The notes under the pieces were generated by a model that worked only from the letters and a program-made list of their open reading frames with translations, did no database searches and had not been told where the DNA came from. DNA of 64,000 bases from Acidilobaceae archaeon (lineage in GTDB: Archaea > Thermoproteota > Thermoprotei_A > Sulfolobales > Acidilobaceae), in contig JAWAWX010000001.1 of assembly GCA_038897215.1 (NCBI GenBank), positions 32,001 to 96,000 on the forward strand, read 5' to 3'. Shown here piece by piece: positions 9,962-20,067 of the stretch (its first letter is position 1; each line of letters starts with the position of its first letter). A program made the translations under genes and the position numbers.

Positions 9962-10921
9962 TCACCACCACTTCACGCTAAGCCTGTACCTCCTAGGGTC
10001 CTCGCTCTCTCCGGGCTTGCGGAAGACGAAGAGGTGTTCGTGAGCTATCAGGTAGAAGTCTGCTCGGCTCCTCCCCTTCTCGGGCTCCTCGACCCAGCAT
10101 TCTCTCGTTACTCTAGCTAGCTTAGCCCACTTCTCCCTCGTCTTCTTCGTGTTCCACTGAACCTTTATTATGTCCTCTTTCAGTATGAAGCCTGCTTCAA
10201 GGAATTGCTGCATGACTCTAAAGGCTATGGGGACGTAGTGTCTGCGGTATCTCGTGTCTCCGATGAGTATAGCGCAGTACCTGCCGGGCTTGAGGACCCT
10301 GTAGCTCTCCTCAGCGACTCTCCTCATCCCCTCGAGGTACTCCTCGAGACTCCTAGCTCTAGATAAGTCCCCCTCTACCCCCTCTTTTCTTTTAGAATAA
10401 GGGATTATCTTGTAGTATGGCGGGTGTGTTGCTATGAAGTCTATGGTCTCGTCTTCTATCAAGTCTAGGTTTCTCGCGTCGCCGTGGTATACTCTCACCT
10501 CTGGCTCTCTCCAGCCGGGGTCGGGGGGCTTGTAGGTGAAGTTCAGCCTGTCTAGTGTCAGGATGCAGGCCTCGTAGTTTATGTCTACCCCTATAGCGTT
10601 CCTCCCCAGCAACCTGGCCTCAATGAGAGTAGTCCCGCTACCACACATCTGGTCCAAGACCCACTCCCCGGGCCTACTATACCTGATTATCAGGTTGCGG
10701 ACAACTCTAGGCGACCAGTTGCCCCTATAATCCCCTCTATGCGTAGCCCAGCCTCCTCTCTCCGGGAAGCTCCAGACAGTCGTCGCCTCTAGAGAGAACT
10801 CTCGAGGCTGGTACTCTCTCACTCTGTGTTCTCCGCCAATTCTTATGACAGTGTTCTCGACAACGATCTCCCCATGCTTCTTAACGTACTCCAGATACTC
10901 GTCAAACGTGACTAACCGCAT
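9962..10921 (-). CDS. amino-(N4C/N6A) DNA methyltransferase, TRM11-like family, orphan
   Basis: Motif I DQMCGSGTT precedes motif IV THPPY; TTVWSFP..WATH..YRGNWSP; HEHLFVFRK. Confidence 0.85.
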   Translation of the reverse strand: MRLVTFDEYLEYVKKHGEIVVENTVIRIGGEHRVREYQPREFSLEATTVWSFPERGGWATHRGDYRGNWSPRVVRNLIIRYSRPGEWVLDQMCGSGTTLIEARLLGRNAIGVDINYEACILTLDRLNFTYKPPDPGWREPEVRVYHGDARNLDLIEDETIDFIATHPPYYKIIPYSKRKEGVEGDLSRARSLEEYLEGMRRVAEESYRVLKPGRYCAILIGDTRYRRHYVPIAFRVMQQFLEAGFILKEDIIKVQWNTKKTREKWAKLARVTRECWVEEPEKGRSRADFYLIAHEHLFVFRKPGESEDPRRYRLSVKWW

Positions 10922-11067
10922 TCTCACAGCCTTCCGCCGCCTAGACACAGTGAGCAGGTAGGCCGTTAAAAACGCCAAGCCCTCAGCCTATCGGCTCAAG
11001 GCTCGAGAGCTCCTCTAAGAGAACTAATTTAGGTTCAAGAGCTTAGCACACAGAAGGGGGCTCACTC

Positions 11068-11382
11068 GTGGGCTACAGCTCGCTAGACCCCCGTGTTCAC
11101 GTGAGAGTAGCCGAAGTCTCTAGAGACGAGGAGACAGGGCTCTACACAGCTACTCTCGACCTATCCTACGAGGATAGAAGCTACGGAGTTAGAGTCTCTA
11201 ACTTGATCAGAGCCCCCCACAGGGCTCGAGCCAGAGTAGAGGGAGACTACCTCGTAGTCACGCTAGACGACAGCGAGGGCAAGCCTCTCTCTACATGCTG
11301 CATACACGTCAAGCACATCGAGTGCGGTTGCATGGAGTGCAGGAGCCTCATAACTCCTCCCTGTCCTCAGCGAGAGCAGTAG
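11068..11382 (+). CDS. hypothetical Cys/His-rich protein
   Basis: 104-aa ORF with host codon usage; CCIHVKHIECGCMEC. Confidence 0.65.
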   Translation: MGYSSLDPRVHVRVAEVSRDEETGLYTATLDLSYEDRSYGVRVSNLIRAPHRARARVEGDYLVVTLDDSEGKPLSTCCIHVKHIECGCMECRSLITPPCPQREQ

Positions 11383-11895
11383 AGGCTTCCGAGTTGCACT
11401 CAGATTCAACCTATCCCAGACCTCGAGGATAGACTCTCGGATGGTTTCGGTCGCTGTGAGCAGTCGTCACCGCTCAGAGGCGCAGCGACTCCACATCTCA
11501 GTTTATTTTTTGCGCTCTGGCAGGCTATTTAGCTAACAGCATTACTGAGACCTTCTAGCTGTGACTAACTAGAATCTACATTTTACGTGAAAACTTCACG
11601 GAGAGGCCCTCAGTAAAGCAATAGCTATCAGCACGGTTCTCTGCTGTACGAAGACGCTAGTCTTCCACGATGCTCTAAACCATCCTCCAGAGGACTTAAT
11701 GACAGCTGTTGATGTTGTAATGTCTCGACTGGGGTCTCCGGCAGGTCGCCGAGGAGAGCGCGAGCTCTATAACACTAATGATTGTAGCGAGGCGGAGAGA
11801 CGTTCTCTCAAGCAGGCTTGGAGGAGGGCTCTCTGAAGCCTCTCAAGGTGCTCGAGTAGAGCAGGAGCTTACTCACTCTCGCTATCACCTATCTA

Positions 11896-12774
11896 TCACC
11901 TATACTTGAATATGTTTGTCTCTACTTCTCTCGGTATCATCAAGGGTCCTAGTCTCGCTTTTACTCCCATGACTTCTACTCTGAGCCATATCTCGATAAT
12001 GACTGTAGTCTTCTCCCTATTCCTTATGTGCTCGTACCAGAGCTTCGGGATTCTGGTGTTATCTATCACTATCTCGAAGTCTATTGTTCCTCTCTCACCT
12101 CGAGCTATAAGGGCTTCTCCTATCTGCTCCCCCTCAGCTATGACTGTTCCTCTCTCAGTTACTAGCCTGAACTCTAGCCCTTTGACGTAAAGCTGTGCTG
12201 TGAGTTCGTTCTCGATGGTCACGTATGCCTTTAAGCGAGTCTCTCTTTGCGTCACATCTTTCAACTCTATCCTGACGTCTCTAACCACCACTTTCCCAAA
12301 CGGTTGTAAATCGTACTCTCTATCTAGTCTCTTCTCGAAGGGGAAGATTCTCGTCTCAACTCTATGCGTATAGCTTACAGGTATCTTCACGCTAAAAGCC
12401 GCTATCCCGATCCTCACACCTCCCTCAACCCTTAAGTCTGAAGACTCTCCTCTCGCGAGATGCCTGTACCAGACATCGTCTAAGAGCATGTTGTTCAAGA
12501 CTACTCCGGCGAGTAGCTCGCTAAGACCTCTGCCTACTTTCTGAGCTGGCACGCTGACTCTGGCAAGCTCCAAGTCGTCAGCGAAAATCCTGAGGTCGCT
12601 AGCAACCTCTACCGCTACGGGGATCCCGGCGTCGACAACTATAACAATGTCAATGGGAGTCTGAGCTTCAGTTACGAGCTCTGGATTAACGTAGAAGTCT
12701 ATAGACTTGACTTGGACAGCGTTACGAAGATGTAGATAGAGGAAGACTAGGCTCGCGGCAATAATCAGGACCAC
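11896..12774 (-). CDS. membrane-anchored tandem LEA type 2 (WHy) domain protein
   Basis: N-terminal TM segment; two repeats ending W(Y)xH(L/I)x(R/N)xExS/T. Confidence 0.8.
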   Translation of the reverse strand: MVLIIAASLVFLYLHLRNAVQVKSIDFYVNPELVTEAQTPIDIVIVVDAGIPVAVEVASDLRIFADDLELARVSVPAQKVGRGLSELLAGVVLNNMLLDDVWYRHLARGESSDLRVEGGVRIGIAAFSVKIPVSYTHRVETRIFPFEKRLDREYDLQPFGKVVVRDVRIELKDVTQRETRLKAYVTIENELTAQLYVKGLEFRLVTERGTVIAEGEQIGEALIARGERGTIDFEIVIDNTRIPKLWYEHIRNREKTTVIIEIWLRVEVMGVKARLGPLMIPREVETNIFKYR

Positions 12775-13434
12775 GAGGGTGCCGAGAAGCTTCTTGCCAA
12801 AAGCAAGCCCATTTTAAGCATTAGGTTAACAATCCTAAAAACTTTTTCTTAAGCTAGACTAGTTTCGTGACAAGTGATAGACTTCGATAATCTATTAATG
12901 GTCATCCTCGAGGGACTCAGTTCACTCCATACCCTTTTTGCTCTGCTAAGACCTCTCTCCTAAATCTTTAATCCTGCAACACATAATTTCATCAAGTCTT
13001 CACAATATCTGTACGACTGAGTCATAGCACTTCCGCCGGCTCTCGTTACTATTTTCTCATTCTTTGGTCATGAGTTTGTATTAAGCGCGAGTAACATAGC
13101 CTCTATCCCGCTTCCCTCTAGACCTCATACGGGGAGTTTGGAGTAGCGTATACCACAATGGCGGGCTAGAGCTAGTTGTATTGAGTTCTCTCAACTCCGT
13201 GACTAGACCTCGTGTAGTTGTTGCGTCCTCGCTTCCTCGACTCTCTTTGTGTTGGTTTAAAGATATCTTCTGGGTTTCGTTATCTTCTCGTCTCTCGACA
13301 TCGTTGACGATGAGCCGTTGCTTTTAGCATAAGGTAAGCTATGGGCTTGCCGAGAGTCCACTCCTGCAGTCTTTTTGAGAAGTCGTATGTTTTTAAGGTG
13401 AGGGGGTGTGAGCTCGAGTGCTAGGGTGTGGTTG

Positions 13435-14208
13435 ATGACTGCAGCCAAGGTTGTAGCTGTAGTTAGTGGTGGTGTTGATAGCTTCTGCTCGCTTGTCTAC
13501 TGGCTTAGTAAAGGCTATAACGCGGTCGTGCTGCACTTCGACTACGGTCAGAAAGCGTCTAGGAGAGAGTTAGAAGTCGTCAGGGAGATTGTTGGTGAGC
13601 TGAACGAGATCGCTACTAGGAAAGAGTGGGGTGTTGTTGAGGAGTTGCTAGTGCTAGACATGTCGTTCATGAAGAGACTCTGGAGAGGTACTCAGCTAGT
13701 AGACGAGACTGTCGAGATCGAGAGGGAATACGAGAGAACTGTGGTTGTCCCGATAAGAAACATTGTCATAGCGGCTATAGCTACTGCATACGCGTTCACT
13801 CTGCTAGAGCAAGGGCTATACAGTAAAGCGATAGTGGTTTTAGGCAGTCAGTATGATGACGTGAAGCCGAGAGAGGACACAGGCGAGCCCAGATACCCGG
13901 ACTGCTCGCCCGAATGCTTTCTAGCGCTAGAGTCTGCTCTCAAGATATGCCACTTTAGAGACAAGAGGAGTATCGAGATATGGACGCCAAGTATGGCTCT
14001 ATTGAGGAAGAGCGATCTCTTGAAGATATGCTATGAGATGATAGGTGATCTAGTGTACAAGACTTGGAGTTGCTACAGAGGGCTCGAGAAGCACTGCGGC
14101 TCCTGCGAGAGCTGCATTAATAGGAGGAGAGCGTTCGAGGAAGCAGGGATACCGGACAAGACGGAGTACCTGGAGCCTCACGTATCTCCAAGCAGGAGGC
14201 TCGAGTAG
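13435..14208 (+). CDS. queC: 7-cyano-7-deazaguanine synthase QueC family
   Basis: SGGVDS PP-loop, FDYGQ, VPIRN, YPDCSPE, TWSCY..HCGSCESC Zn site. Confidence 0.93.
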   Translation: MTAAKVVAVVSGGVDSFCSLVYWLSKGYNAVVLHFDYGQKASRRELEVVREIVGELNEIATRKEWGVVEELLVLDMSFMKRLWRGTQLVDETVEIEREYERTVVVPIRNIVIAAIATAYAFTLLEQGLYSKAIVVLGSQYDDVKPREDTGEPRYPDCSPECFLALESALKICHFRDKRSIEIWTPSMALLRKSDLLKICYEMIGDLVYKTWSCYRGLEKHCGSCESCINRRRAFEEAGIPDKTEYLEPHVSPSRRLE

Positions 14209-14516
14209 CCTCGATGGCTTACATGGGCTCGAGCAGAGCCCGAGAGGTCTCAGGCTACTCGAGAGACCTCAGCTTTATCTGCTGAGAGGTTCTCCACCCT
14301 ACAGCTTTGCCTCGCTATGCTTTCATAACTCTCGCGAGAGCCCTACTCTTTGAACGCTCAACACTACTTGACTAGCTTTGAGGGAAAGCCTACGCCTCTC
14401 GAGGAAGACCAGCTACTCTTAAAGCCTCCTAAACCTCATGATGACGCGCTCTCAGATTTCTAGCTCTCTCACTTAGAGGCTAGTGTGCTGACTCCCGCGA
14501 GCTTCCCCTTTATCCT

Positions 14517-15111
14517 CTATCGTCTGACTACCTTCTGCCTTCGAGAGCTCTCCGCAACTTTTTCCGGCACGTAGGAGTGCTTCTGCAATTCGGGTAGCTC
14601 TAGGAGGCTCGGGTGCTTTCTCACTAGGCGCCTCAAGTGCTTGTCTTTCAATCGGGGGTTGCCTACGTCTCTTATCCTGGACACGCTCATGAAGTCTTCA
14701 ACGAGCTCTCTAGCGTAGGGCTTCAGCTCTTCAACCATCTTCTCCGAGTCTGCCGTGAGCTTATAGAAGCACTCAATGAGTCCCCGCTTGACGGGCATAG
14801 ACTCTATGCTTAGGTTCATGTTCCAGTCTGCTTGAACATATCGAGCCGTCTCGAGAAAGTCTTCTGGCTGGACGTGGCTGACGATAGCGCTGCCGAGCTC
14901 AACCATCACATACCTCAGAGAGTTCGTCAAGCCATAGAGGAGCGCTGCTCTCCACTCCTCCTCAGAGGACAACAGGTGCGCGATCCGGTCACTCCTTGTA
15001 GGTAGTAGGCCCCCCGCTTCTCTCAGCAACTAGTCGCCTGATGCAGCGAGCGGCTCCGATGCCTAAGCCTAGCCTCCCAGCCCACCTCTCGTAGAGCTCC
15101 CAGAGCGCCAA
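14517..15111 (-). pseudogene. degenerate paralogue of 3192..3773
   Basis: TTG 15111 LALWELYERWAGRLG aligns to MPSWALHERWARRLG; frameshift at or near the G6 run (15010-15015); His/Asp motif residues lost (LYERW, YGLTN). Confidence 0.85.
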
Positions 15112-15253
15112 GACCTCGGCCCAGTACTTCGGCCGTGCGGTCAGCCTAATACCTGGTCGAGCACTGACTCCTCGAGAGAGCCCTGGAGGGGAGCGTGGAG
15201 AGCTAGAGCCCCTAGTGGGGACAGCTTCCCGTAGGGTCGCGGAGCCGCGCGGC

Positions 15254-16528
15254 TTACTTGGCTAGAGAGTATAGCTTGATTATGGGCGTCATTGTTTTCA
15301 CTAGCAGGTTGCCTATCTTGCGGAAGTCAGTGGGAGTTGGTGCAGCCTTGGGGAACCATATTGCTAGCAGTATGAACGCTATAGCGTAGATGAGAGCAGT
15401 GAGCCTTAGCGGTAGCTCTAGGTCGTAGGTCATCAGCGCTCCCCCTAGAGCTCTGCCCACAGCTGCCGGGACTATGCTAGCCACGTTTAGGAAAGCTAGG
15501 AATCTCCCGCGGTACCTATCGGGGACTAGAGAGAGCTCGAAAGCCTGGTATAGAGGGTTCGCTATATTCATGAAGAATGTTCTAGCCACGTATATGCTCG
15601 AGGCTAGGAGGGGGGAGCTCACGAAGGTCATCGCTATCAGCAGGGGGACGCTTGTAGATGATATGATGATGTACGTCTTTATCGGGTTGCCGAGCTCTCT
15701 CGACACGCGTTGAGCCATGAACATGCCCAGCCCCATTAGCAGGTTCTGGGCGCTCATCAGGGTCCCGAGCCTGCCGCTATCGAAGCCGAACTTCTTGGTG
15801 AAGTAGAAGTCTATGATGTGCACCGAGAGCCCCGCACCGAAGCTTATCAGCAAGCCGACAAACACCAGCTTAGCTAGAGGCTTCAAGTCTATCTTGTCTC
15901 CAGAGCTCTCCGCTAACGGGTTGCGCTCACTCCCCCGCTTTCCTACAACGGGGGGTATCTTCCTCACGAGGAGGAGTACTAGCACAGCGCTCCCGAGCCC
16001 GCATGCTAGCAGAGCTCCTCTATACACAAAGGTTATCTCCAAGCCGGAGACAGTAGACACCACTACGGGAATCCATCCTAGAAGCATTCCGAAACTCGTA
16101 GCTATGAGCGATGTGGCTTGGAGGGCTACAATAGGCTCCTCTAGACTCTTAGAGCTCGCGCTCTGCATTCTGACAGCTAGGATCAGGAGAGCAGCTCCCC
16201 CCGCTCCTCCAGCGATGCCTAGCAGTAGCGCTGCGACCACAAGGCTCTCCGCTCCGTTAGCCGAGAGAATAGCGTAGCCTAGAGCGGAGAGGAGAGCCGA
16301 GAAAACGACTAGGATCTTAGGGCTAGCTAGGTCGCTCAAGAAGCCTCCCACGAGCCCCCCGACCAGAGACCCGATCGCGATGCTGGCAGCGAAGAGACCG
16401 TAGTGAGCGGCATCGAATCCCAGTCCTCTCACGTAGGGGGCTAGGATGGAGCTCGCTAAGCCCCCGAAGAGAGCCGAGACAGCCACGAGAGCGTAAAAGG
16501 ACCTATAGCTCTTCAGAGTCTCGAACAA
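15254..16528 (-). CDS. MFS transporter
   Basis: About 12 TM segments; GGFLSD motif A-like; VPDRYRGR. Confidence 0.9.
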   Translation of the reverse strand: MFETLKSYRSFYALVAVSALFGGLASSILAPYVRGLGFDAAHYGLFAASIAIGSLVGGLVGGFLSDLASPKILVVFSALLSALGYAILSANGAESLVVAALLLGIAGGAGGAALLILAVRMQSASSKSLEEPIVALQATSLIATSFGMLLGWIPVVVSTVSGLEITFVYRGALLACGLGSAVLVLLLVRKIPPVVGKRGSERNPLAESSGDKIDLKPLAKLVFVGLLISFGAGLSVHIIDFYFTKKFGFDSGRLGTLMSAQNLLMGLGMFMAQRVSRELGNPIKTYIIISSTSVPLLIAMTFVSSPLLASSIYVARTFFMNIANPLYQAFELSLVPDRYRGRFLAFLNVASIVPAAVGRALGGALMTYDLELPLRLTALIYAIAFILLAIWFPKAAPTPTDFRKIGNLLVKTMTPIIKLYSLAK

Positions 16529-16760
16529 CGAGAAGCCACCCCAGCTAGTAGCTATGCTGCTCGAGTAGCGAGAGCTCTGCCTACAGCTAGCAGAGCGAGT
16601 CGTTCGTCGCCGGGTTCTCCTCCACTATCCGAGTCAGATGCCTCGATACCAGGTCACCCTCTAGTCTCTTGCTTCTATCCGCTCGCTATGGTGGGAGTGG
16701 TCTTTTTAAGCGGTTGTGTTCATATTAGTTTTCCTCAAAGGTGGGAGCAATGCGAGCTAA

Positions 16761-17441
16761 TCACAAGTCTATCACTGTGATCTTCCTCGTTAGCGGTAGA
16801 GCGACATTGTAGACGGGGACTCCGCTGACTAGAGCTAGCTCTGAGCCTTTGTGAGCGTGACCGTGTATAGCGATATCGGGCTTGCTTCTAGCGATAGCCT
16901 CCTCCATTCTGCTAGAATACATCTCAGGCCATATCGCTGGATGCTCGCCAGCAAGGTTTGCTCTCGCTAGAGCGTAGTGTGAGACCACGACGACCCTATC
17001 TGCTACCTCTCTCAGACTCCTCACAGCGCTCTCCACGAAAGCAGCTCTCCTCGCGTAGGTCTCAGCTAGCCAGGGAGCGTTTCTAGACTGCCAGCGAGTA
17101 AGCCTGTCTAGAGCTCCCTGAGTTCCCACAAAGCCCACAGTTAACTCCTCGCATTTAATTGTAGTGTAACTGTCCTCGAGCCATAGCACTCTCTCGAGAG
17201 CTCGGCGAAGAGAGGGCCTCGTCTCCTCGTACTCCTCATTACCGAATACCGCTAGTATCGTCGTGTCTCTCCAGACTCTCTCGATCTCTCTCACGACGGG
17301 GACTCCCATCTCCCACTTGCCCCTATCGACTATATCCCCTGCTAAGATGAACACGCAGGGGTTCTCGCTCCTAACCCGGTCTAGCGCTTGCCTGAAGAGA
17401 GCTAGGTAGAGAGGGCTGTGGATATCGCTGACAGCTAGCAA
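16761..17441 (-). CDS. calcineurin-like metallophosphoesterase
   Basis: SDIH, AGDIVD, GNEE, SHY, HGHAH. Confidence 0.92.
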   Translation of the reverse strand: MLAVSDIHSPLYLALFRQALDRVRSENPCVFILAGDIVDRGKWEMGVPVVREIERVWRDTTILAVFGNEEYEETRPSLRRALERVLWLEDSYTTIKCEELTVGFVGTQGALDRLTRWQSRNAPWLAETYARRAAFVESAVRSLREVADRVVVVSHYALARANLAGEHPAIWPEMYSSRMEEAIARSKPDIAIHGHAHKGSELALVSGVPVYNVALPLTRKITVIDL

Positions 17442-17462
17442 CCTAGCCGTAGCTCTCGCACC

Positions 17463-19317
17463 TCACACTGTGACAGCTTTGACTAAGCCTGGTGGAGTAT
17501 CGATGGGAGCGTTCTTAGCAACACCCAGCTTGTAGGCTAGCATCTGGAGAGAGACAGCGTAAGCTATCGGCGCTACTAGCGCGCCAGACTCGGGCACTGG
17601 CAGGTCTCCTCTCCTCCCGACCTCTATTACTCTAGCTTTGCGCTCCTCGAGTAGAGTCTTGAGCTTCTCGTAGAGCTCCAAAGCATCCTCCTCCAGAGGC
17701 TCAAGCAGGATCACTGGCGCGCCTCCCCCTAGGACAGCGATATGCCCGTGCCTCAGCTCCCCCATCTGGAGCCCCACAGCGTGAGTCAAGGAGGCCTCCT
17801 TTAGCTTCAAGACCCCCTCGAGTGCTATCGGGTGTAGTACACCGCTGCCCACGACGTAGACTATGGGAGCATCTCGGATCGTAGCGGCTAGCTTCTCGGC
17901 TCTACTCTCAACCTCCCTCAAGCTCTTACCTATGCTGACTGCTACCTGCTCCAGCTCATCGTAGACTTCTCTGAGAGAGCTCTCGGAAACCACGCCCCTA
18001 TATAGTCCTGTGTACGTTGCTAGGATTAGGAGAGCGGCTATAGTCGAGGTGAAAGTCTTAGTCGCGGGTGTACGTTGCTAGGATTAGGAGAGCGGCTATA
18101 GTCGAGGTGAAAGTCTTAGTCGCGGGTATAGCGAGCTCAGGCCCAGCTCCTATGGGGAGGTAGACGTTGGAGTGTAGCGTGAGCCTAGAGCCTAGAGTGT
18201 TGGTTACACCGATTACCACCGCCCCTCTGGATTTAGCTAGCTTAACGCTCTTTATGACATCCGAGGTCTCACCGCTCTGGCTTACAGCTAAGACGACTGT
18301 CCCAGTGGTGACCCCCTCTACAGCGTAGTGGGGGAACTCTGAGGCGTAGACTACAGAGGAGCTTATCTGAGCTAGCTTCGAGAAATAGTACTGGCCGAGG
18401 AGCCCAGCGTGGTAGCTAGAGCCGCTCCCTATTATGACTACTCCTCTAGCGTTAGCTATGATCATCGCGGCTAGCCTAAGATACTTCTCCATAAGCGAGA
18501 GAATAGTCCTCCTCAAAGCCTCGGGAACCTCGTAGATCTCCTTCAGCATGAAGTGAGGATACCCTCCCTTCTCGGGGTACTCGTACTCTCTCTTGAGAAC
18601 CTTGCGTGTAAACGCTCTCAGCTCTCCTCCAGTCTCTAGAGAGATTATCTGGAACCCGCTGTCTGAGACTACTCCCACAGCGTCCTCTTCTATGACTAGA
18701 GCCTCTCTAGCTATCCCGTAGAGGCTGGGCGTATCGCTGGATATGAAGAAGCACTTCTCGCCAAGCCCTAGCACTATCGGTAGCTCTCTAGCCACAAAGC
18801 CTAGTAGCCGGGCTCCTCTAACCATGAATATCGCTGTGTACACTCCAATAGCTCTGAGACCGGTTTCTCGTAGAGCCTCGAGAACGCTGAGGCCCTCGTC
18901 TAGCCTATCTTCTAGAATGTGAGCTAGCACCTCGCTATCGGTGGTCGTGGTGAAAACATGGCCTTTACCGCGTAGCTCTCGCTTGAGTTCATCGTAGTTC
19001 TTGATCAGCCCATCGCTAACCACGAAGACCTCTCCTCGGCAGCCTCGATGAGGTTGCGAGTTCTCGTCGACAGGAGCTCCTCTAACAGCATGCCACACAT
19101 GCCCTATAGCTATATCAGTCGAAATGTCATCGATACTCAGGACTTCTCTAGCTCTATCTATGCTGACAGCTTTCTTGCGGACAACCACAGAGCCAGAGTC
19201 ATCCACGAAAGCCACTCCGCTACCATCAACACCCCTATAAAACAGCCTCCTTAGCCCCGTGTAGAGCACATGGCCCCCAACTTTCTCTCTGCAAACAAGC
19301 CCGAAGATGCCGCTCAT
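17463..19317 (-). pseudogene. glmS: GlmS paralogue (Cys1 to Ser), frame broken by a 58-bp tandem duplication
   Basis: GATase + 2 SIS domains across ORFs 18058..19317 and 17463..17993; removing one repeat unit gives a 1797-nt ORF (598 aa). Confidence 0.85.
18010..18125. repeat. perfect 58-bp tandem duplication
   Basis: GTGTACGTTGCTAGG...TTAGTCGCGG at 18010-18067 and 18068-18125. Confidence 0.97.
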
Positions 19318-19508
19318 CCTCTATCCGAGCAGAGCCTTCAGCCAAGAAGACTTAAAAACAGTTCACTGAGAGCCGTCTTGCTCGAGACTCGGCACCAGCC
19401 GTTCAGCGGCTTCACGCAACGCGCACGAGCACCTCCACTCCACTAGGCTGGCGGCGAAGAGCTCTCCCCGCTAGAAACACTTAACCCTCGCTGATTGAAA
19501 GAGCTACT

Positions 19509-19837
19509 GGGCGCACGGGAAGGGCCGGGAGTCCCGCCGACTCCCCGGTCGCAAAGACCGCCTGAAGGCGTAAAGCAGGGGCCAGTAATCCGGCTGTGTG
19601 CTAGCGCTCTCAGCGAGAGCTCTCGAAGACGAGGTAGATGAAGCCCGTCTCGTGGGGCTCGCGGAGGCGGGGCTACGGCTGGAGAGCCGTGGCTACCGCC
19701 TTAGCCGGGGAAACCCGGCTAGGCCCGGAAGGGAGCAACCTATCCCCGGACGCGAGCGTTCACGAGGCTCGCGGGCGGACTACCGCTTCGAGAGCTCTCG
19801 CTGAGAGCGCTAGCACACAGCCGGAGTCCGTGCGCCC
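19509..19837 (+). ncRNA. ffs: archaeal SRP (7S) RNA
   Basis: Helix 1 GGGCGCACGG/CCGTGCGCCC; helix 6 GCCGGGGAAACCCGGC; helix 8 AGGCCCGGAAGGGAGCAAC. Confidence 0.95.
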
Positions 19838-20067
19838 GCTCCTCTCGACCCGCTCTTCAGCCAAGCGCCTCTACGTGCTGAGAGCAAGCTGGGGGGCCGG
19901 TGTGAGCCTCGGTGAGAGCAGAGTTTCAGCGCTCACTGTCACATAGCTCTCCTCTAGCTCTCTCCCCTACTGGCTTATCAGAGCTCTCTGTGGAGAGCGG
20001 GCTCTAGCCTCTCGTTAGCCTATAAGGGTTATACCGTTATACCGGTACAGCTGGGGCTGAGGAGAGC

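Noticed and set aside
13159-13166. TGGCGGGC matching the tRNA-Arg 3' end (possible att site)
   Set aside because: Only 8 nt and on the wrong side of the tRNA; expected by chance.
14438-14491. ATGATGA...CTGA spanning 54 nt (C/D sRNA-like)
   Set aside because: No convincing internal D'/C' boxes or guide spacing.
19598-19946. ORFs 19598..19804 and 19638..19946
   Set aside because: They overlap the SRP RNA and are spurious.
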